From: Octopus sinensis
Lineage: Eukaryota
DNA: 64,000 nt
Direction: 5' to 3'
Assembly: GCF_006345805.1 (NCBI RefSeq)
Contig: NC_043017.1
Span: 2,046,001 to 2,110,000, forward strand
In this document: positions 28,465 to 40,589 of the stretch, in pieces
Layout: each line of letters starts with the position of its first letter
Numbering within the stretch: the first letter of the stretch is position 1
The notes under the pieces: model-generated
What the model saw: the letters and a program-made list of their open reading frames with translations, nothing else
Told to the model about the DNA's origin: nothing
Database searches by the model: none
Position numbers and translations under genes: made by a program

Positions 28465-28465
<1 letters not shown>
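27648..28465 (+). mobile_element. Family D retroelement, rearranged, with an (AAT)n tail to 28517
   Basis: Homologous to 1425-1904; includes an internal inverted copy at 27811-27979 of 28161-28329. Confidence 0.85.
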
Positions 28466-28518
<53 letters not shown>

Positions 28519-28764
28519 GATTGTCTTAACTGGTACATCACACGTATTGAGAAGAGCATTATCGATGTGAGAACTATTACTACCCATGTATTTTAATTTA
28601 ACTTAAAACATTTAAAAAATGAACGAACTAGTGAGTTTAGTTTAATGGCCTACCAATGTATGCTATGAGTTTCTTTGCCCTAGGAGTCGGGAAGACACTT
28701 GGCAAGATATGGAAGCAAATTTGAAAGAAGAAAAAAAAGATAATAATAATAACGATAATGCTTG

Positions 28765-29235
28765 AAATCTTGAAGGAGAGGACTAGTCGATTTCATCGAC
28801 CCTAGTGTTTCACAGGTACTTAATTTATGGGCCCCGAAAGGTGAATGTCTATCTCGGCGGAATTGGTACTGAGAACGTAGCGACCGCTTTGCGTAGTTCC
28901 CTGTCCACTCTTCCTATTGTGCTTCTTGGGCAAGTACCCTGTATTGAAGCATCGTGAATGACCTGCGGGAAATGAGGCAACTGAAAACTACGCTAGCATT
29001 CGTAGTTACTATCATCATCATTGTATAAGGCGACAAAGCTGGCAGAATCGTTAGCAGGGCGGGAAAATGCTTAGCGGCATTTCACTCGCCTTTGCGTTCT
29101 GAGTTCAAATTCTGCAGAAGTTGACACTGCCTTTCATCCTTTTGGGGTTGATAAAATATGTACCAATGAAATACTGGGGTCGTCGTTGTAATCGACTTGT
29201 TCCCTCCACCAGAAATTTCAGGCCTTGTGTCTTTA
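28765..29235. mobile_element. Two SINE B copies (28765-28885 minus, 29020-29235 plus)
   Basis: Family core motifs. Confidence 0.8.
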
Positions 29236-29434
29236 TTAGAAAGGATTATTATCTTTTTCTTTATAGTACGGAGGTTTATTGACATTACGGAGTATAGACC
29301 GATCTTCTTAAACCGTTGCCCTCTTTAACATCACTGCGTGATCCCATTCTGTTTTTCTCAGATTTCACTCTGATGTAAAAATTGGGTTGGACAACCATTC
29401 AGAGCATACGAGCTTTCTACGACTCCTGTAGCAA

Positions 29435-29457
29435 TACTACTACTACTACTACTACTA

Positions 29458-29544
<87 letters not shown>

Positions 29545-29585
29545 AAATAATAATAACATTAATAATAATAATGAAAATAATAATA

Positions 29586-29630
<45 letters not shown>
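29435..29630. repeat. (CTA)n then (TAA)n array with an internal 30-bp duplication
   Basis: aatgaaaataataataacattaataat occurs twice in tandem. Confidence 0.95.
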
Positions 29631-29631
<1 letters not shown>

Positions 29632-29895
29632 ATATCTTTATATATTCACATTACATATGTGTTTGTTCTGTAAATTATAATAATTATTATTATTGATATT
29701 ATAAGCTTAAGGCTTATATGTGATCACCATGCATTAGCTAAAGAAAATAGTCTGATACTGGGGTATATAAGCCCTCGAAGGGAAAAAAGTGGTTGTTAAT
29801 TCGCTTATATATATATGAATATACATTATTTTGCACATATGCATATATGAATATATAAATATATAATAATACTATATATATATATATATAATATA

Positions 29896-29942
<47 letters not shown>

Positions 29943-30984
29943 GTGTTATATATATATTATATATGTGTATATATATATATTTATTTATATAATATATATA
30001 TATATATATATATAATATATTATATATATATATATTATATATTATATATATATATATATATAATATATATATATATATTCCTTTATTCTCAGGGCTGTGG
30101 CCAGAGACTCGGATTTATTTCCAGAGAGATTTAACTGCTACTTCTAGCAGATAGAGCCGCCATGACGAAAACCACTGGTTGAAACTTAAAGGAATGACAA
30201 TTTCTATGGTATGCAGACGTATAGACATTAATACTACGATATCAGATCTCGATATGATTATGCAGAAGCCAAATAAAATTGATTTCGTTAAAATAAATTC
30301 CTAGAGGAGGATTGTGAAATATATTTTACAACTGATGAGATACCTATTTTAGGGTTTCATTTAATTAAAACTTTCAACGCTACAATAATAATGATAATAA
30401 TAACAACAATAAATATACATATACGTGTGTGTCAATATTACATTATTAAATCTTACCTATGTACAGATATATATATATAAGTTTGTGAATATGTATATAT
30501 TAATATATATATATATCTATATATACATAAGTTGTAATATACTAGCACCAATTTCCTTAAGTGTTATGCACTCTCCTGTGAACTGTCTTCTTATATATAT
30601 GTTTGTATCAAGCATTGACTTAATAGTAACTTGATTAGTCATACATACACACATACATACATACTTATATGTATATATAGAAATTTATGTCTGTGTGTGT
30701 GTGTGTTCGTGTATGTACGTGTGTGTGTATGCACGAGAGAGTGCTACAAAGTTCGTGGCTTAAAGGGTATGGTGAAAGGTCTGGTTGGATACCTAACCTT
30801 CCTAATTCTTTAACGGGGTTTAGAAAAAATGAAAGAGCAGTACAGTAAGTGTATGAACCTAAGAGGGGAATAGGTTCTATAAAATCGTAATTAACTGATC
30901 TTCCTGTATTGCTTTTTCCCAATGCCCGGAACTTTTCAACTCTCCCTAGAATGTATATAGTTATCTATGCGCGCGTGAGTGCGT

Positions 30985-31248
30985 GTGGAGGCAAATGGCC
31001 AAGTGGTCAGAGCAGTGGACTTGCGGTCCAGGGATCGCGGTTTCGAATCTCAGACCGGGTGATGTGTGTGTTTATGAGCGAAAAGACCTAAGCTCCACGC
31101 GGCTCCGGCAGAAGGTAATGGCGAACTTCTGCTGACTCTTTACCCACAACTTTCTCTCACACTTTCCTCCTGCATTTAGCAGCTCACCTAGAACGGACCG
31201 GCGCCCCGTCCAGGTTGGGAACCTATACGCCAAGGATACCGGGCGTGG
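30985..31248 (+). mobile_element. SINE family E with an alternative 3' tail
   Basis: Shares head and gctccacgcggctccggc centre with 23512; the tail diverges after ctctcacactt. Confidence 0.8.
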
Positions 31249-31277
31249 CTCGAGAAGGAACAAACAATATATATATA

Positions 31278-31356
31278 TTTCGTTTTGGGATTTAGTTTTC
31301 AATATTCTTTATATGGCACTAAAAGACAATGACTCGCCCCAGGCACAACAGTATAT
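31278..31356. mobile_element. Foldback/MITE-like family fragment
   Basis: Related to 33112-33230 and 48793-48920 (gactctccccagacacaac motif). Confidence 0.6.
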
Positions 31357-31399
31357 ATATATATATATATATCTATATATATAATATATATATATATAT

Positions 31400-31620
31400 A
31401 ATCGTGATAAAAAAAAACTAGAATAAACGCAAGAAAAACACAACGACGCGAGGACGTGGTACATGCCAAGTATTAGCAGGCGCTCATGGAAGGAGAGAAA
31501 GTTAGTTTAACGTTTCGAGAATTGCTCTTCGTCAGAAACAGGAGACGGAAGAAAATCCAAGAGGAAAGCAAGACAAGGAAAAAATCGCCAACGATCCACG
31601 TTTGGTTACATTTTGAATAG
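31400..31620 (-). mobile_element. PLE 3'-terminal (pLTR-like) region
   Basis: Reverse complement of 40590-40800; same strand and downstream of the GIY-YIG C-terminal relic. Confidence 0.65.
31505..31539 (-). ncRNA. Minimal type-I hammerhead ribozyme motif, core intact
   Basis: 5'-GUUU CUGACGA A GAG(CAAUU)CUC GAAAC GUU^AAAC-3': helix I GUUU/AAAC, full core, 3-bp helix II, palindromic AACGUU helix III. Confidence 0.7.
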
Positions 31621-31679
31621 AACAGAGGGGAATCGGTTCAGAAAAGTGCTTTCCAAGACAGGAGAGTGTAAGAGAAGGA

Positions 31680-32480
31680 TGTATCTGTGTGTGTGTAGTT
31701 ATGTGCGTGCAGGCAAGTCTGTGTGTGTATGTGTCTGTAATAGCTTATGTCAATGTGTGTGTTGTGTGTGTGTGGTTTTTGTGTGGAGTTGGCTGTTTGT
31801 ATGTGTATGTGTTAGTGAACTTTGTGTCTCTTAAAGTTGTAGGAAGAATTGGGCAGCATGGTAACAGGAGTGGTGGTCCTTTGTGGAGTTGTGTGTCTCT
31901 GCACATGTGTGTAGAGGAATGGCCAGTAGAAAGGTGTTATGCGTGTGCGTGTATATGTATGTGTGTGCGTTTATATATATGTTGTGTGTGTGTATGATGT
32001 GTGTGCATGCGTCTTTGTGTGTGCGTGTACGTGTGTGTGTGCGTGTGTGCATGTGCGTGTGTGATGTGGGTGTGGTTGTGTGTGTGTATGTACCTGTGTG
32101 TATGCACGTGTATGTGTAATTGTGTGCGTTTATGTATGAGTGTGTGTTATGTGTGTGGGAGGTATATGTGCGTTCATCTGTGTGTGTGTGCGTCTCTGTG
32201 TGTACGTGCGTGTGTATATATGTGTGTGAGCGTGGGGCTGTGTGTGTGGTGAGTGTGTATATCTGTGTGCGTGTAGGTGTGTGTACATGTGTATGTGTGC
32301 GTGTGTGTGCGTGTATATATGTATGTACGTGGGGTTGTGTGGGTATGCGTGTATGTGCGTGTATGTGTGGTGTGTATGAGAGTTATATGCGAGGTATACG
32401 TTCGTTCTTCTGTGTGTGCGTACGTGTATATGTGCGTGTATGTATATGAACGTGTGTGTATGTATGCGTGCGTGTATGCA
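31680..32480. repeat. Degenerate (GT)n-rich satellite
   Basis: Direct inspection. Confidence 0.9.
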
Positions 32481-32847
32481 GAAATAAAATAAAATATAAT
32501 AAAAGAGGATTGATAAAAAATAGGGAAGAACTGGCAAGGGTATTAGATGGAAAAATAAAATTAATGAATAAAAGATGAAAAAATACAAAAAATAACACAT
32601 TAAAGTTAAATAATAAATAATAAATAATAAAAATTAAAGGGATAAAATAGAAATTAATACAATTATTAAAGAAAATTATAAAAAGTTAATGCAATTAAAA
32701 AATTAAAGAATTCGACGGAAATAACGATAAAAAATGGAAGAGAAAAGGCTTAACAGTGTTAAAAAAAGTGAGTGGATGTAAGGTGGGATAAAATAAGACA
32801 AAATAAGATAAAAAGTTGCTTTTTCGGGAGGGGTGTAGAGACACTGG

Positions 32848-33010
32848 TTAAGAGGAGGGGATTGTGTTGAGTCCGGAAGGAGTTTGTGTTTGTAGACAGA
32901 CAATGAAATGCTGTTCCAGGCGGAGTCGGGAGTGTGTGTATCCGTGGTGCAGGGCGAAGCCAAAAAGGGAGATATTAGAGGTGGAGTAGTTGGCCAATAA
33001 ATCTTGCAAC
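32848..33010 (-). mobile_element. Penelope-like element GIY-YIG endonuclease C-terminal relic
   Basis: NISLFGFALHHGYTHSRLRLEQHFIVCLQTQTPSGLN matches the R..E..I..L.T..P.GLN end of PLE ORFs. Confidence 0.75.
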
Positions 33011-33111
33011 CTTTTCAATAGTCGTTGACTCTCAACAACTACAACAAAGGTTGCAAGACGCAACGATACTTTTAGAAAAATAAAAAAGAAATAAGTGGTA
33101 ATTTTACCGGT

Positions 33112-33230
33112 GAATGTGTTGAATTATAAGGCACCAAAAGAGAATGACTCTCCCCAGACACAACATAATAGGCTTCAACACACGAACTCACATAAAGAAT
33201 CTTACAAACCAAATCCAAAAACGAAATATA
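33112..33230. mobile_element. Foldback/MITE-like family arm
   Basis: Colinear with 48840-48920. Confidence 0.65.
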
Positions 33231-33399
33231 TTACCAGCTGATACTCGTAAATTGAACAGAAATAAGATAACGGGTAAATGTGGAAAAGCTTACATGTCCT
33301 AGAAAGAGCAGTTGAATGACTGTGGATTGATTCCATCGAAGTCACAAAGAAATTCTATTTATTCTTTGATAATCTACGCATCTTCTGTTCTTTTATCTA

Positions 33400-33520
33400 T
33401 TATTTGTTTCTGTCGTCAGACTGTGGCCATGCTGGTGCACCGCCACGGATAATTTTTTAGTCGAAGGAATCGACCCCTATACTTATTTTTGTTTTAAAGA
33501 CAGGTGCTTATTATATCGGT
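33400..33520 (-). mobile_element. SINE A 3' end
   Basis: gactgtggccatgctggtgcaccgcc...tagtcgaaggaatcgacccc. Confidence 0.7.
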
Positions 33521-33942
33521 TAATATTTTTCTTCGTAAATGTACACAATCAAGCCCCAACTGGTGCAACACACAACAACAACAACAACAACAACAAGAGT
33601 AACCGGTATTGAATGAATACCAATAGATTTCGCATTAATAAAGAAGTATACAAAATATTTGTATCGTTTTACGTGATACCATTATATAAACATATGCAGT
33701 AAAATCGCCATCTTAGCTTCCGACTTAATGTTAAACATTTGCGGCATTGTTTGGCCTGAGGCATTGGCACGGCAGTAAACTATGGACAACGCAGCGAAGC
33801 ATGATATCATGTCCTTCTGAATAAACAGATATTAAAAAGGCGACAAAGCCGTCGTGATTCGTCAATTCCAACACTATGTACTGGCTAATCTACAAAATGC
33901 TTGAACACGGTCTCCATCCTTTAATATATATACACATATATG

Positions 33943-33981
<39 letters not shown>

Positions 33982-34292
33982 TAATATATATATATATATA
34001 TACGTATATGTCATACATATTAATATAGACACTGACTATCATGGTAGCTATACATATGTCTATTTACGTAAATATTTCTTCGAATATAGGTGTTGTTATG
34101 CATTCATGGGAACATGAAATTATTAAGTCTTCGCTGTGTTTGAATCACATTTATTTCTACCTAGATATTAACTCCAAGTATTCATTTCGGGAAATAAGCT
34201 ATTATATTCGCATAGATGTTTATGATACTACATTTTGCCAATATATGCAAATATGTATAGAGAAGGTTTTTATGTATATTTCTCATAAATAC

Positions 34293-34344
<52 letters not shown>

Positions 34345-34937
34345 TATATATAGATAGATAGATAGATATATATATATATATATATATATATGTATAAATG
34401 TATGTACGCATAAATAAAACTTAATAGGAGTACGATTAATGATCGTTTCATTGCTTTACAAATTTGTTTTCGCATCATGTGATACTGTTTTGATGTTGGA
34501 ATCATCTTCATCATCAACTGTTTTCATTGGAAAGATGAGTTATTTGTATGAAATATTTTAAGACCGCCGAAGATAAGAAGCTTCGATGTTGAAACCAAGT
34601 GTGTCTGGAATCTGTTCATTTTCAAATTATATTTGTGTCCACGTAAGTCCGTTCGCAATAGCCTCAATGATATTTCATCAATTCATAACCCTGTTTATTG
34701 CTTTCTGTCATCTAATATATTTTTTACAATGGATGTGTTGAATTATTGCGTCCAGTTATTGCTTTTGTTTTGTTAAACCGTAAATCGGATATGATCGAAC
34801 TGAGAAACGATTAAATGCATTCACTCCAAGGGCTTGTGCGACCCCCCAGAGTTTAGGTCCATCTTGATCAATGTACACATCCCTTTATAAAATATTGCGA
34901 TGCGATTTGTAGGAAGACGGCGGTGGTGGTGGTGTTG

Positions 34938-34969
<32 letters not shown>

Positions 34970-35391
34970 GATGCTAGTTTTGGTGCTAGGGATGGTAGTA
35001 GTGGTAGTGGTGGTGGTGGTCTTGTAGTGATGGTGGGGGTGGTGGGGATGATACTGGTGTTGGTATTGGTGTTAGCAGTGATGGTGGTGTTGATGGTGTT
35101 GAGGCGTGTGTTTTGGTAGGGCCGTCTTCGTCGTAGAGGTCAACGTAGTATTGATTGTGGTTTAAGGTAAGCCCTGACTGGACATATCTATGACCAAAGC
35201 GCACCATTCTTGACAGTTGTACCAAATATTGCACTTATACCAATACATAACTGAATATCTGCCTGCTTCATCGCTAGAAACATCATACAATGATGTGTCT
35301 AGCTGGTTAACAAAATTCATATATATGTAAGTATGTATATATATGTATGTATACATGCATATATGTATATTATGTTATATATATATATATA

Positions 35392-35697
35392 CTAGCAGTA
35401 TTGCCCGGCGTCGCTCGGGTTTGTAAGGGAAATAACTATGTAAGCATTTTTAGAGAGTTACTTTCCTTATATAACCCAAGCAAAAATCATTAAAAATGCG
35501 GAAAAATTATGGTAAATTTTTTTTAAATCGTAGACTCATCGTAGACGCGCGCTAATACCCAGAAGGGCTCGATATGAATGACGACTATAAGATAACCGCT
35601 TTTGGTTAAACTGCACCGCAAAATGTGGGAGTAGTTAGGAATATAAATCGGAGGAGACGGAGTCTCACACACACAACTTCAATTTTATATATAAAGA
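35392..35697 (-). mobile_element. Non-autonomous Helitron (306 bp)
   Basis: Minus strand: A^TCTTTATATATAAAA 5' end, subterminal CCCG...CGGG hairpin, CTAG^T 3' end, no TSD. Confidence 0.85.
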
Positions 35698-35764
35698 TAT
35701 ATAGATAGATAGATAATGGCTAAAATTTGCCCTGTTTATAATTATACCCTACGATACGTATATA

Positions 35765-36345
35765 TTCTTTTACTTGTTTCAGTCATTTGACTGCAGTCAT
35801 GCTGGAGTACCGACCCTGGTCGAACAAATAGACCCCAGGTCATATGTAAACCTAGTACTTACTCGATCGTTTCTTTTGCCGAACCGCTAAGCTATGATTA
35901 CGTAAACACACCAACGTCGGTTGTGAAGCGATGTTGGTGGGGGTTCAAACACAAACTCACACACAAATATACACATATATACTACAGGCTTCTTTCAGTT
36001 TCCTTCAATAAAATATAATCACAAGTGATTTGGTCGGCGCGAGGCTATTATAGGAGACACTTGCCCAAGGTTCCTCACAATGGCACTGAACTCGAAATCA
36101 CGCGGAGAGGACAAACAAGGACAGACGAACAGATTAAGTCGATTATATCGACACCACCAACGCATAACTGGTACTTATTTAATCGACCCCGAAAGAATGA
36201 AAGGAAAAGTCGACCTCGGCGGAATTTGAACTCAGAACGTAGCAGCAGACGAAATACCGCTAAGCATTTTGCCCTGCGTGCTAACGTTTCTGCTAGCTCG
36301 CCGCCTTGCGGGAAACAAGCTTCTAACCACACACACTATGACTGT
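35765..36345 (-). mobile_element. SINE A interrupted by a SINE B (36106-36305)
   Basis: The A head resumes at about 36310 after an almost complete B copy. Confidence 0.85.
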
Positions 36346-36963
36346 GCTTATATGTGTAAATATATATATTCATATAAATTGCTATACATACATACGTGTG
36401 TATGAGTGTTGTGTGTGTGTGTGTGTTTGCGTGTGTGTATGCACGTATGTGGATTTATATATTTGAATATAAATGAAATTTCAAGAATTAGAGATTTATT
36501 AAAAGTTAATATCTGAAAACATTGTCATATCCTGATAACAAACAAAGAAATAAAACAGTAAAACACATCAAAACAAACACCAAAATACAAAAATGTATTG
36601 TAATATATTAACATATAATTGCCATTTAATTAGAAAACAACCTCATATTTTACTTACGCATTTTCTTTAAGGATATGTAAATTTAAAAACTAAAAACAAA
36701 TTAATAACTTCAACGAAAACCGAGCGAGAATTGTTTAAAATTAATGTCTGAAATTCTTCAGATTAAATGCGGAGAGAAAGCAGCATTATTCATGCGGAAA
36801 ACTGATAAGCTATCGTGTTTGTATGTATGATAATCTTTTACTTCCGCGTATATTTTCTGAGCAAATAAGAGTTAGAGTTGCCTTGAGTCATGCCCAGGTC
36901 AGAGAGACCGTTTCAGATCAGTTTATCGCACAAGATATGAAGGAAATAATATAATAAAAGGCG

Positions 36964-37103
36964 CAGGAGTGGGTGTGTGGTAAGTTGCTTGCTTACCAAC
37001 CACACGGTTCCGGGTTCATTCCCGTTGCGTGGCATCTTGTGTAAGTGTCTTCTACAATAGACAAACACTGAAAGAAGCCTGTCGCATGTATGTATACATA
37101 CAT

Positions 37104-37166
<63 letters not shown>

Positions 37167-37405
37167 CACACATACATACATATATGTGTGTATGTGTGTT
37201 TGTGTATCTGTGTTTGTCCCCCACCAACATCGCTTGGAAACCGATGGTGGTGTGTTTTACGTCCTTGTAACTTAGCGGTTTGGCAAAAGAAAACTATCGA
37301 GTAAGTACTACGCTTACAAAGAATAAGTCCTGGGGTCGATTTGCTCGACTAAAGGCGGTGCTCCAGTATGGCCGCCGTCAAATGACTGAAACAAGTAAAA
37401 GAGAG
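36964..37405 (+). mobile_element. SINE family A, full-length
   Basis: Colinear with the other A copies. Confidence 0.9.
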
Positions 37406-37544
37406 ATTAAAAAAAGAAAGAATATCGAATTGGCAGAAGGTTCCACGTAGTGGGACTAAACCCGGAACCACGCGGAGAGGACAAACAGCAAACAACGTTC
37501 AAATTATATTGCAGCATCTTTAAAAGGGACAGAAAGGGATATAT

Positions 37545-38220
37545 CGGTTTCTAATTTTGGCACAGGGCCAGCAATTTCAGGGGAACAGTTAGTCGATTAC
37601 ATCGACCCCTGTATTCGACTGGTGCTTATTTTGTCGACCTCGAAATGAAGAAAGGCAAAGTCAACCTCGGCAGAATTTGAACTCAGAGCATGAAGATACA
37701 CCAAATCCGCAGAGCATTTCGCCCGGTTCGCGAACAATTCTACCAGCTCGCTGCCTTAAGAAAGGGATATATTAAATTATATGTTCTAATATACCCATTA
37801 TTTGAAAACATGATGAAACGGTTATCACTGGTCTACATTCTACCAGAATAATATTTTAAACAACAGCAACACCATCTACGATAACAAGGGAGTATCACAG
37901 TGGATAACAAAATTATAATATAATAATATACTTGGCACATGAATAAGATTTGGAAGATTTTGATCGTTCAGAGCTCAACTGGGTCACTGCAACCACAAAA
38001 GCAATATTAATGTAGAAATGAATGCGGCGAGCGTCAGCACGCCGAGCAAAATTCTTAGCTATATTTCGTCCGTTCTGATGTTCAAATACTGCCGTGGTCG
38101 ACCTTGGATTTCATCCTTTCGGGGCCGATAAAATAGGCACCAGTTGAGCACCGAGGTCGATGTTATCGACTCAGCCTTTTCCTGAAATTACTGATCTTCT
38201 GCTAAAATTTGAAACCAATT
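37545..38220. mobile_element. SINE B copies (37545-37760 minus, 38020-38220 plus)
   Basis: Family core motifs. Confidence 0.8.
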
Positions 38221-40463
38221 TTAATTTTCAATGCACTACAATAGTTCAGCGAGAGGCGTTCAGGTGGACTGTCGATCATTTAAACCTAACTGGAGACTAC
38301 CCATGAAATTGCACACAAGAATTTTTGAATAAGAATGAAAACCCACGTTGGATAATATGGTCCAAGGTATAAAATTTATAAAGTAGTGACGGTCGCACTT
38401 GGAATCACAATGGAAGGCAGATGACACGGTTTCTACTATACTACCATAAAATATAACCTTAGAAAATAAATATTTACATTGGATAATGTAGCAGATGATA
38501 TAGACAGTAAAATGCTAATGCGACAGGTTAAGTGACCATACAATATCTCACAGATATACCGCGAGGATTTTGTGTTCACAGTATTCTCTTTCTATTTTGT
38601 ATCTTCCAGAGCCATGGAAATATATAATTCCGTTTAAATATCTGTGTACCAGAATATATATATTTTGCAGTCATCTCTAAATAAAAAATAAACAAATAAT
38701 TTGGTCGTTGAATACACACCGCGTGGGTCTTATGTTCAAGAGATTAACTGGTCCTCTGTCACTCGATAAGCCTTCTACTTCTCCTACTCTGATCTAACGT
38801 TAGCAAAGAGATTACGATCTGGTAAGAAAAGTAAATAAATATAACCACATTGACCCTTTAGTGTAGTTAAGTAAAGAACAATGCATTTATTGAAATTCTT
38901 AAAATACGAGGTAGTCATAATTGGAACGTCTCTGATCTTTGTTCTGCAGAACCTTGGGATCAAAGTATAACCAAAGAAAAATAGACGTCATTTTTGCTGA
39001 GAGAAAGTATGACAGCGCTCATGTCACCATTTCAAAGTTCCCTGATAGAAAAGAAGTATGCTGATGATTGCCTAAGGAAGGTCTCAAGCTTCTCTCAACG
39101 CACTTAAGTTACGGGTGGCAATGTTAAGCTAGCCAAAGAATTAAGTGTACCAATCGAATTATACATTACCCGTGTTTTTTAAGCAATTTGAACAGTGTGA
39201 GAATTTGCTATAGAAGCATCTAGCTGCTTTCGACTAAAATTTTATTCGAAAGGATATACCTCTGATCCGTTTAACTCTGCATAAACTAGAGATAAGCACT
39301 ATTTCAACGGATTCCTGGCTTCGTAATAATGTGTATGAATAGATTTGAGTTAATACTACATCAGGGAACGAGAGAATTTTTCCGTTTACTATAGCTAGGT
39401 TTATACTTTTACGATTTCGTCTTACAACAACATAAAGATGTACCTATTTCAGATATTCCTGTTGCTGTTTCTTCTATCACTTCACCCACCTACCGATTCT
39501 TAGGACTCTAAACTTAAAAGACAATGAGGTTTTATAGAATTATCGGTGACAAACTTAATGGTTTCCTTCGTAGGGGAAAAATCTCAATCTAATGTTTATT
39601 TATTCTGAACTGTAAACATTAAAATCTATATTAGACATAAGAAACGCACTAACAAGATTGTCAGTTTGTATTGATTGATTTCATTCAATTTACGATCTAC
39701 TTTAGTGTTATATACACACTGTAAAGATAAGCATTTCCGACCGACCTTCTCAGTTGAATAATATACACACTGAGTAACAACGACGCTCTTAATATTAGCA
39801 GTTGACAGATATCTTCCACATTTCAAACGAAAGTCATTGTCATTATGTGGAATTGATATTCAGAGTTACTGAGATAGGTTTGTGTGATAATTAGCAGATG
39901 TATTTACTATTTCCTGTGTTATTATTGCCGAGGGATTAACAGTGTTACAGCGACAAAAGTATTTACTTAGAATGCTTTTACAAACAAATCCATTTGTACA
40001 AGTGTAAATAATTGCACAGGCACACACACACACATACATACATACACACACACGCACGTACACACACACACTGATGCAAATAAACACACGCATACAAAGA
40101 CATACACAAAGATGCGGGTATAAAACCAGCAGAGTCGTCGGTTCAATACACGCCGTTGACTATTCTGCTAATTAAAAATGTGTATAATGTAATATGAACT
40201 CAATTTCAGTGCGTATTTTGAGAGGGATGATCTATCTTACCCTGAAGCTCTCACACTCTGGACTCATATGGATTGTTACGGTGTTTCGTCATATGTTTCG
40301 TTATATGTTATATGATTGTTGTTACTACACGGTTATAGTCTAAACAGGTATCGTCATAAATATTGGTGATACTACGGCGAGGAATAAGTACGTTATAATA
40401 GCATGTATGTGTAGATGTATCCATATACGTGTGGACAGGCACATATGAATATATATATATATA

Positions 40464-40583
40464 TCACGTGATCACGTGACCGGCCAGACCAACAGATGTT
40501 TGCTACACATCGCTGGTCACAATACATTCGCATTGTTTTAGCCTTCGAATGATGCCACCTCGCTGGCTAAGCGAGCAGGCCAA
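40464..40583 (-). mobile_element. SINE E 3' end
   Basis: Reverse complement of 23700-23820. Confidence 0.85.
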
Positions 40584-40589
40584 TATATA

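Noticed and set aside
39054-39075. KYADDC as a reverse-transcriptase motif
   Set aside because: The flanking frame has stops and none of the other RT motifs.
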